Shown one piece after another: positions 56,971 to 64,000 of a stretch of DNA of 64,000 nucleotides. The stretch is from a virus. Positions within the stretch are counted from its first letter, which is position 1; the number at the start of each line of letters is the position of its first letter. The stretch is from positions 96,001 to 160,000 of IMG/VR virus record IMGVR_UViG_3300030419_007641; one strand, written 5' to 3'. Both the position numbers and the translations under genes were made by a program. The notes beneath the pieces were generated by a model. That model was given only the letters and a program-made list of their open reading frames with translations. It searched no databases and had not been told where the DNA came from.

Positions 56971-57778
56971 ACAATTTCAGACATTATGCGATATAGGATT
57001 TTATACAGAAACTAATTGTATTATTGAAGATCAAAATAACGCGTTAAAGCAGAACATACATAAAATATCTAATGTAAGTACTGAAGATATTAAAAAATAT
57101 AAAACAATTTTTATTTATACACATTTTGTGCATGACTTTATGCACAAGTTTTTAGACCATTTAGATAACGCTACTATAGTAACGCACAACTCAGATCACA
57201 GTATAACTCATGAATATTTACAGTATCTTAACCACAGCAACATAAACAAATGGTTCTGTCAAAATAGGGAGACATCACATCCAAAATTATTTTCAATACC
57301 TATTGGGATAGCTAACAGTCAATGGCCACATGGTAACCAATACATTCTTAAAAGTATACAAGAAAATAATACTACAAAAGCAAATTTAGTATATAAAAAT
57401 TTTCAAGTAGATACTAATCATGGAGAGCGCACTATATGTAACCATATTACTACCAATAATGGTATATTAATGTGTAGTAATACATCGCAAGAAGAATATT
57501 GGAATAATATTAAAAAAAGTTTGTTTGTTATATCCCCGCCGGGTAATGGTATTGATTGCCATCGTATTTGGGAGTGTTTATATTTGCAGTCTGTACCGGT
57601 AGTAAAATACCACGAGTCATTTTCCCAATTTACACACCTACCTATTTTGTTTATTGATGATTGGAATAAAGTAACAGTAGAGTTCTTAAAGTCTAAAATT
57701 GAAGATTTTACAAATACTGACTTTAATATTCCCGATCTCACTTTAAAATATTGGAAAGATAAAATAATAAATGGTTAA
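56957..57778 (+). CDS. exostosin/GT47-like protein
   Basis: SIPIG, SPPGNGIDCHRIWECLYLQSVPV; likely start MLAGEQF at 56957. Confidence 0.7.
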   Translation: MLAGEQFQTLCDIGFYTETNCIIEDQNNALKQNIHKISNVSTEDIKKYKTIFIYTHFVHDFMHKFLDHLDNATIVTHNSDHSITHEYLQYLNHSNINKWFCQNRETSHPKLFSIPIGIANSQWPHGNQYILKSIQENNTTKANLVYKNFQVDTNHGERTICNHITTNNGILMCSNTSQEEYWNNIKKSLFVISPPGNGIDCHRIWECLYLQSVPVVKYHESFSQFTHLPILFIDDWNKVTVEFLKSKIEDFTNTDFNIPDLTLKYWKDKIING

Positions 57779-58802
57779 GAACATTCCTAGAGTTAGAAAA
57801 AAATTTAAAGCTGGTTATACATACCTTAATAGGAATATGATAATGGATTGTCACCCAGATCATATTTACCATAAGTTAATAAACACGTTTAAAGTTGAGG
57901 ACCTACATCAATACCCAGATATGTTTCCGCCGTATGAGATTTTAAGCAAATATTTAAATGTTAGTGAAGATCAATTATTATTAACCCGGGGGGTTGAAGG
58001 TTCAATTAAAACAATTTTTGAATCGTTAAATTTAAGTGGTGAATGTGTTGGGGTATTTGTACCCACATGTGCTATGTTTAAAGTATATGCTGATGTTTTT
58101 AATGTAAACTTTATACCTATTAAAGGACAAGCACCGGAATACAATATTAGTGTGCAGCAAGTTAAAAATGTAATACCAAAAATTAAAGTACTTTTTTTGA
58201 CAAACCCAATGTCTCATTTAGAAAATTGTTTTTCTAATGAAGAGTTACAAGATCTAATTTATTTTTGTGAGAAGCACAATGTTTTAGTTTTTTTAGATGA
58301 GGTATATACCGGGTGGGAAAATAAAAGTTATTTACCATTTTTAGAAAAACACGATAATCTTATTATATCCTCAAGCTTTTCTAAAATTGGATTTCCTTCA
58401 ATAAAAACTGGCTGGCTAGCTTGTAATAAAAAATTAAAATGTCAACTTGAAGCTACGAGAGGAGCTTACGAACTAGATTATTTCTCAAATAAAACTCTAG
58501 AATTTATTATTAATAACAAGGACTATTTTAAAGAACTAAAGAAAAATCTTTTAATCACAAAGAAAAAGTGGATTGAGTACTTCTCTGCTAATAGTAATTT
58601 TACTGTATATAATTCATCATTATATACTATAAGATTATACTCCGAAAATAAAGAGTTGGTCAAACATATATACGATAATTTATATTCAAAAAAAATTGTA
58701 GTAAATGTACTCGATGAAACTAATTTACAATTCTCAGTATCTACAAATCAAGAAATAGAGAAATTGATTTTTAATGAAATTAAGGTAAATACTGACAAGT
58801 AA
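57771..58802 (+). CDS. PLP-dependent class I/II aminotransferase
   Basis: LTRG, LTNP, LDEVY, SSFSK (PLP lysine). Confidence 0.85.
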   Translation: MVKNIPRVRKKFKAGYTYLNRNMIMDCHPDHIYHKLINTFKVEDLHQYPDMFPPYEILSKYLNVSEDQLLLTRGVEGSIKTIFESLNLSGECVGVFVPTCAMFKVYADVFNVNFIPIKGQAPEYNISVQQVKNVIPKIKVLFLTNPMSHLENCFSNEELQDLIYFCEKHNVLVFLDEVYTGWENKSYLPFLEKHDNLIISSSFSKIGFPSIKTGWLACNKKLKCQLEATRGAYELDYFSNKTLEFIINNKDYFKELKKNLLITKKKWIEYFSANSNFTVYNSSLYTIRLYSENKELVKHIYDNLYSKKIVVNVLDETNLQFSVSTNQEIEKLIFNEIKVNTDK

Positions 58803-59155
58803 TGAAGGCTGGAAAAATATGGGGGGAGACAGAATTACTCCACGCTAATGGTGTTTTAGAGTTTCATAGAATCCAATTTAAAGAAAGGGCCCAATGCTCA
58901 AAGCATAAACATCAATTTAAATGGAATGGATTTTTTGTAGAATCTGGAGAACTATTAGTTCGTGTATGGTCAAGAGAGGATGAAATTGATGTTGATGTTG
59001 TAGATACTATTTTAAAGCCAGGAGACTTTATGCAAGTTAAGCCTGGACTGTATCATCAATTCGAAGGTATAAAAGCAGGTGTTGCCTTTGAATTATATTG
59101 GGCAGAGTTTAACCATGGTGATATAATAAGAGAAACTTTTGGAAAGGAAATTTAA
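58802..59155 (+). CDS. cupin-domain protein (sugar isomerase-like)
   Basis: KIWG, SKHKH, ESG, PGLYHQF, ELY. Confidence 0.8.
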   Translation: MKAGKIWGETELLHANGVLEFHRIQFKERAQCSKHKHQFKWNGFFVESGELLVRVWSREDEIDVDVVDTILKPGDFMQVKPGLYHQFEGIKAGVAFELYWAEFNHGDIIRETFGKEI

Positions 59156-59157
59156 AG

Positions 59158-60135
59158 ATGACTAATTATAATTGTGTTTTATGTGGCAGTAAAGAACTAG
59201 AGCTTATTAGCTCAGTACGGGATAATGCTAAAAAGAAAATATATAAATGTAGTAAGTGTGGTATGATTCAACTGCATCCGCGAATTACCACAAACCCAGA
59301 TAAAGATCAGCCAAGCATTGATAATCAGGATGCTAATAGAATAACAGCTCCAATAGATTTAGAGAATAATAAAAAAATATACAAAGGTAAGCTAGTAGGA
59401 CACCCGGACATCCTACAATTAGCACACGTTCTAGAAAATGATTATGATAGATTTTTAGATCATGTAGCTAAATATATTACTAAGGACCAGCCTTTAAACC
59501 TGCTAGATGTGGGGACAGGGTACGGTCATTTTCCGCACCTAGTACGGCACGATTACCCTAACATTGAAACATATGGACTAGATTGCAACTACAGCAAACT
59601 AATGTATGGTAAAGAAACCTGTAACTTAGATTTTAATTTTATTTTTGATAAAATCGAAAATAATAAGTTTATAGAATCTTATAGGGGCACATTTGATATC
59701 ATAACATCGTGGCACGTGCTAGAGCATGTATACTATCCTGTTCTATGGATAGAAAATATTATGCAATTACTAAAAGATGGCGGTGTTTTATTATTAGAAT
59801 TCCCTAATGAAGATGATGAATTACTACAACAATCACCGGAATATTCAAAACTTATTCATTTTGAGGATCATGTAAATTACTTTAATAAAGATACTGTAAC
59901 AAAATTACTCATTGACTGTGGTATATCAAATTCTAATTTTACTGTGACTGGTGTTCAAAGATATGGTTTTTACAATTATATTGACTGGATAAGATATGGT
60001 ACAAAGGATAAGGTTAATGGTGATGATTATAGAAATATAAATAACCTCCCTAGGAGTAAATATGAAAAATCGTGGATAGAGGAAAGAGAAAAAAACCTAA
60101 CTAGCGACACATTGCTAGTTACTATTAAAAAATAA
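59158..60135 (+). CDS. SAM-dependent methyltransferase with N-terminal Zn ribbon
   Basis: CVLCG...CSKCG, LLDVGTGYG, FDIITSWHVLEH, GGVLLLE. Confidence 0.88.
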   Translation: MTNYNCVLCGSKELELISSVRDNAKKKIYKCSKCGMIQLHPRITTNPDKDQPSIDNQDANRITAPIDLENNKKIYKGKLVGHPDILQLAHVLENDYDRFLDHVAKYITKDQPLNLLDVGTGYGHFPHLVRHDYPNIETYGLDCNYSKLMYGKETCNLDFNFIFDKIENNKFIESYRGTFDIITSWHVLEHVYYPVLWIENIMQLLKDGGVLLLEFPNEDDELLQQSPEYSKLIHFEDHVNYFNKDTVTKLLIDCGISNSNFTVTGVQRYGFYNYIDWIRYGTKDKVNGDDYRNINNLPRSKYEKSWIEEREKNLTSDTLLVTIKK

Positions 60136-60139
60136 ACGT

Positions 60140-61087
60140 GTGGCAGAGCAAGAACATAAAAATAGTGGGTTTTTCTATAAACCATCAGGGGTAGCTAATG
60201 AAGAAACTCGTAAATGGTTGCCTAGAGATTTTGACTCAAAACTAATTACACATAGTGTAAAAAGAAATATAGATAGAAAGCGAACTTCAATTGATCACGT
60301 ACATATGGTCAACAATGTACCGTTGTTTAGCTGGGTGGAGCTAAATCTAAATGAGCTATGCAATCGTAAATGTGCATTTTGTCCCCGGAGTGGAGATTAC
60401 CCTAATCAAAATATTCATATGGACCCGGGTCTAGCTGCAGCTATCGCACTGCAATTAGACGAGTTAGATTTTTCCGGGACAGTTAACATTAGCGGTACCG
60501 GTGAACCTCTCTTAACAAGAAACCTTCTTGAGATTGTAAAGTGTTTCTGTGATAGGCAAATAAGCATTGAGATTGTAACAAATGGAGATAAGTTAAAACC
60601 AGCACTTATAAAAGATTTATATTCAATAGGTCTTTCACAACTAGTTGTGAGTATGTATGATGGGCCGGAACAGATAGATTATTTTAATAACCTGTTTAAA
60701 GAGTGTAAAATTGATAAGTCTAAATACACGCTTCGAGATCGCTGGTACAGTGAAGATGAAGACTTTGGTTTAATTTATACCAACCGTACTGGCGCGCAAA
60801 AAGAACTTAAAAAGGCTGCAACTAGGCCTTGTTATTACCCGCACTATGCTTTGTATATAGATTGGAATGGAGATGTTTTACTTTGTTGTCAAGATATGTA
60901 TAATCGAACAGTTAAGTTTGGAAATGTAGCAGAAAAACCTATCTTTGATATATGGAGGGATAAGCGGTTAAGTGATTTTAGAAATAAGCTTAAAAATGGT
61001 CAACGTTGTCTATCTCCTTGTACAAATTGTGACGCAAATGGAATGTTATTTGGAAAAAATCACGCAGCAAAATGGCAAACTATATAA
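60140..61087 (+). CDS. radical SAM protein with SPASM/twitch domain
   Basis: CNRKCAFC, GTGEP, VTNG, CYYP, LCC, PCTNC. Confidence 0.9.
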   Translation: MAEQEHKNSGFFYKPSGVANEETRKWLPRDFDSKLITHSVKRNIDRKRTSIDHVHMVNNVPLFSWVELNLNELCNRKCAFCPRSGDYPNQNIHMDPGLAAAIALQLDELDFSGTVNISGTGEPLLTRNLLEIVKCFCDRQISIEIVTNGDKLKPALIKDLYSIGLSQLVVSMYDGPEQIDYFNNLFKECKIDKSKYTLRDRWYSEDEDFGLIYTNRTGAQKELKKAATRPCYYPHYALYIDWNGDVLLCCQDMYNRTVKFGNVAEKPIFDIWRDKRLSDFRNKLKNGQRCLSPCTNCDANGMLFGKNHAAKWQTI

Positions 61088-61827
61088 AAAAATATATTAA
61101 TAGACATAGAGGTAAGCGGGCAATAGTGTGTGGTACGGGCCCTTCATTAAATGATATAAATTTTAATTTATTATCAGATGATATAATTATTTTTGCATGT
61201 AACCAATCAGTAACTGCTTTGGATAAATGCGATTACTTTTGTATAGCTGATAACGCAATAATTTGTATGGACTTTTTTGAACATGGCGCTGAAATAGCTA
61301 ATGAAGTTATAGTTATGGGCCCATTCAATAATGCAGAGGACCTTATGAGTAACAATCATGATTCTAAACAAAGAAGTAAATTTGTGGAATTAATTAAAAA
61401 TAAATCAAAATTTTTTCCTAGAGGTAGCATGCTACCTTTTAATAAAACCGGACCTATTCTAAAAGGGCCTCCAGGAGAAGATGTCGTTCACATAACTTCT
61501 CATTTTGCTTACCTTTTGGGGTGTAGGGAGATAATTTTAGCAGGGGTTGATCTTACAATAGATAACGGTATATACTGCGAGTCTACTATATATAAAGAAG
61601 AGGTGAGATGGGATGGGATAGCTCATTATAATAATAATGACTTATTAAGTAACTCCTTTAACGTGTGGCAGCAGATTAAAGAAAGTAGTAATGATGTGAA
61701 ATTTCTAAACGCGTCGCCCCGTGGTAGATTAAATGAAATATTTGATTCAATACCAATCGAATCATTGTATACAGTTAATCTGGATCACCAAAAAAAAGCC
61801 AATCCGACATTCCTTTATCGTCAATAA
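61072..61827 (+). CDS. Maf/DUF115-like (MptE-like) nonulosonate-transferase-type protein
   Basis: CGTGPSL, FACN, LLGCREIILAGVDL. Confidence 0.7.
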   Translation: MANYIKKYINRHRGKRAIVCGTGPSLNDINFNLLSDDIIIFACNQSVTALDKCDYFCIADNAIICMDFFEHGAEIANEVIVMGPFNNAEDLMSNNHDSKQRSKFVELIKNKSKFFPRGSMLPFNKTGPILKGPPGEDVVHITSHFAYLLGCREIILAGVDLTIDNGIYCESTIYKEEVRWDGIAHYNNNDLLSNSFNVWQQIKESSNDVKFLNASPRGRLNEIFDSIPIESLYTVNLDHQKKANPTFLYRQ

Positions 61828-62113
61828 ATTTGTCGGCTCCTGGCTTACCTAGGAACAGTTGATGGTATTTTACATTCCAAGAATCTAATTGCTTTTTGGT
61901 AAAGTCATACATTTCCTCATGAGCTTTAGCCTGATCATTATTAGTTCTACCCATGCCTCTAGCAGTCATAAAGAAAATAGTATGACCCTGGTCATATAGC
62001 TCATTAACCTTTTCTATCCTTTTTGTATGCGGTGTACTTTTATCGTAAGGTCCTCCGTCGGGGCTATGACAAATAGTATTGTCAATATCAAAGCAATAAG
62101 TTAATTTATCCAT
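61775..62113 (-). CDS. HAD-family phosphatase (capsule-biosynthesis type)
   Basis: FDIDNTIC, MTARG, GKP, FIDDK. Confidence 0.85.
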   Translation of the reverse strand: MDKLTYCFDIDNTICHSPDGGPYDKSTPHTKRIEKVNELYDQGHTIFFMTARGMGRTNNDQAKAHEEMYDFTKKQLDSWNVKYHQLFLGKPGADKFIDDKGMSDWLFFGDPD

Positions 62114-62769
62114 TCTTTAAAGTCTGTTAAAAATTGATCTACTGATGACTGGGTACCAGGATGTGCTGTACCTTCCTTTATTACATTATAACCAGCAGTT
62201 ACAATATCTGCCCCGCTAGCCCATGCATCCGTAATATCTTTAGGTGTGCGAATACTACCTGCGATAATTTTGCAATTTAGGTTATTACTCTTAATAAATT
62301 TAGAAGCATCATCCAGTGTACGAAATTCATCTTCACCACTGTCTTTTGCTCTATTATAAAAAAATGAGACATATCGGGCGCCAGCCGCAGCAGCTAAAGT
62401 TAATTGTGAGGTAGTAAAACAACATGTACAATTAACGCGCGCCCCGACCGCAGCAAGTTTATTAATAGTCTCTAATTCATTAAATCCAACAGGTATTTTT
62501 ATGTTTAAATTGTGGTAACCTATATCCTCCTCTAAACGCAAAGCCTGTTGATAAATTTCATTTTGATCAGTGGCAAACACCTCAACACTAAGCGGAATGT
62601 TATTATATTTTTGACAAATTTCTGCAATTTTTATCATATGATTTACGTAACTACCCCGGGGTTCCTTAGACATTAAGGATGGGTTTGTAGTTACACCAGA
62701 AATAACTCCACGCTTACAAGCTGAGGAAATTTCATCAAGATTAGCAGTATCAATAAAGAGTTGTCGCAT
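62101..62769 (-). CDS. talC: transaldolase / fructose-6-phosphate aldolase family (short type)
   Basis: LFIDTAN, GVTTNPSL, SVEV, NIKIP (Schiff-base Lys), NCT, AGSIR, GADIVT. Confidence 0.9.
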   Translation of the reverse strand: MRQLFIDTANLDEISSACKRGVISGVTTNPSLMSKEPRGSYVNHMIKIAEICQKYNNIPLSVEVFATDQNEIYQQALRLEEDIGYHNLNIKIPVGFNELETINKLAAVGARVNCTCCFTTSQLTLAAAAGARYVSFFYNRAKDSGEDEFRTLDDASKFIKSNNLNCKIIAGSIRTPKDITDAWASGADIVTAGYNVIKEGTAHPGTQSSVDQFLTDFKEWIN

Positions 62770-62799
62770 ATCTATATAATAGATATTAACCGTAATTTA

Positions 62800-63213
62800 T
62801 CAACTATCTTCAGTAAACTTATAGGTTTTACCATCCTCTACAATGTGAGAATCACCGTCGTCATCTTTGTTAGACCACTCAATAATAATAGTATCCTCGA
62901 GGGCTATTCTCATATGCATTAGTCCAGGAGGTATGTGGTATACGTCGTTTTCCTCTAGTGTAACAGATGTGTTTTCCGCGCGACCGATGCGATGACCGAC
63001 TTTTAGCTTACCAGAAAAAATATAATAAAATTCATCTTTATTGCAGTGGTACTCCATGCTACTTTGACTGCCCTTTTTCATAAAAATCTTCTTAAGGGCG
63101 AAGTCATCATCAGCAAAAACAGAGGTAATATAACCCCAATACTTATCCTTATGTAAAACAGGCTTTTGTATAGGGGGGAGATGCTGGATTCCAAATTCGT
63201 TATCTTTTTTCAT
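62800..63213 (-). CDS. cupin-domain protein (mannose-6-P isomerase C-terminal-like)
   Basis: KYWG, SSMEYHCNKDE, IPPGLMH, IEWS; likely start MKKDNEF at 63213. Confidence 0.8.
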   Translation of the reverse strand: MKKDNEFGIQHLPPIQKPVLHKDKYWGYITSVFADDDFALKKIFMKKGSQSSMEYHCNKDEFYYIFSGKLKVGHRIGRAENTSVTLEENDVYHIPPGLMHMRIALEDTIIIEWSNKDDDGDSHIVEDGKTYKFTEDS

Positions 63214-64000
63214 ATCGCTCTTTAAATAGATCAAAACTAGGTGGCGTAGCTCCTTTAGTTTCTGTAGCTAGGCCTGCCCATAAATTACATTTATATAATA
63301 CTTTTTCTACATCATGACTCCAATCTTGTGTTGATAACATTGCAATAAAACTATCACCGGCGCCGCATGTATCGACAACCTCGGTATCGATACCCTGAAC
63401 ATGTATATTGTTAAATTTGCTGCCCCTCTCACCCAGCGTTTCTACAACTTGAGACTCGAACCATAAGAAAGAATCTGATAATACTTTTGCTTCATCTTCA
63501 TTTAGTACGGTTAAGTCGCATCCATTAAATTTTGATAATTGTAGGGAATTTTTACTTTCCCAGTCTGAAAGTTGAGTGTTAGCAATACATGGAATTTGCT
63601 GCTTCTTACATATGTTTATGATACTTGTTGTAATATTTTTAGATAATACACCACATCTATAATCACTTAAAATAACACACTCATATTCTGGCAGTATATT
63701 AGTTAATTGACTAATTACTTCTTGTTCTGTATCCGTAGAGAGGTTGCTATCATCTGTATAATTCATCTGCAAATACTTGTGTTGCACATGAGTTTTTTCA
63801 ACATAGTATCGTTGTTTTGAAGAGGTTTGTTTGTTAGTGGAAATAGAATATACATTTACTTTTTGCGCTAAATCATTATATACATCGATGTCGCTACATA
63901 TAGTCATATAACCAACATCGCGCTGTAAAGCAACTAAGTTCATTACAACATTACCCGACCCACCAGGAGTTTTTTTAGTGCTTGTATGTTCGCATTTTAT
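63200..64000 (-). CDS. PfkB/ribokinase-family sugar kinase, HldE(RfaE) kinase-domain-like; N-terminus lies beyond the window
   Basis: The frame is open to the edge (…KKTPGGSGNVVMN…). LSDYRCG, LNEDEA, TLGERG, DTCGAGDSF. Confidence 0.85.
   Translation of the reverse strand: MKCEHTSTKKTPGGSGNVVMNLVALQRDVGYMTICSDIDVYNDLAQKVNVYSISTNKQTSSKQRYYVEKTHVQHKYLQMNYTDDSNLSTDTEQEVISQLTNILPEYECVILSDYRCGVLSKNITTSIINICKKQQIPCIANTQLSDWESKNSLQLSKFNGCDLTVLNEDEAKVLSDSFLWFESQVVETLGERGSKFNNIHVQGIDTEVVDTCGAGDSFIAMLSTQDWSHDVEKVLYKCNLWAGLATETKGATPPSFDLFKERYEKR

Noticed and set aside
1-64000. CRISPR array, tRNA or rRNA genes
   Set aside because: No regularly spaced repeats and no cloverleaf with a T-loop and acceptor stem found by eye. 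A tRNAscan run would be needed to fully exclude them.
1-64000. Stop-codon reassignment (alternative genetic code)
   Set aside because: Core genes (gp43, gp41, gp46, uvsW) are full length in the standard code, and genes end in TAA, TAG and TGA.

Overview
64 kb segment of a large, AT-rich, T4-superfamily (myovirus-like) phage genome. No bacterial housekeeping genes, tRNAs or CRISPR arrays were seen. All family calls come from motif recognition by eye, not from database searches. (1) 1-12.9 kb: probable structural/adhesion region. It holds a Gly-rich gene end, an L-type-lectin-like protein, and a visibly more GC-rich block of large Trp/Pro/Gly-rich proteins I cannot assign, including three tandem paralogs. 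Two of these share near-identical DNA islands separated by very divergent sequence. (2) 14.4-36.7 kb, mostly minus strand: T4-like replication/recombination core (primase, RNase H-type nuclease, probable clamp, gp32, DHH, gp41, UvsX, Hsp20, gp43, gp46/47, gp55, UvsW, UvsY). Interleaved are queC, a class II glutamine amidotransferase and two glycosyltransferases. (3) 37-46 kb, mostly plus strand: late genes, many with T4 internal-protein-like N-termini, including nuclease-, ligase-, nucleotidyltransferase- and protease-like proteins. (4) 44.8-48.4 kb: folE, queD, phoH, queE, which with queC complete a preQ0 (7-deazaguanine) pathway. No dpdA-like transglycosylase lies in the window. (5) 48.4-64 kb: glycan biosynthesis/tailoring island with about 10 glycosyltransferase-like genes, methyltransferases, an aminotransferase, a radical SAM/SPASM enzyme, cupins, a HAD phosphatase, transaldolase and a PfkB/HldE-like kinase. 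Best leads: the mosaic W/P-rich paralog array; a split GAT + Zn-motif-less QueC deazaguanine route; a putative capsid-packaged enzyme cassette; and a structured RNA candidate after hsp20.
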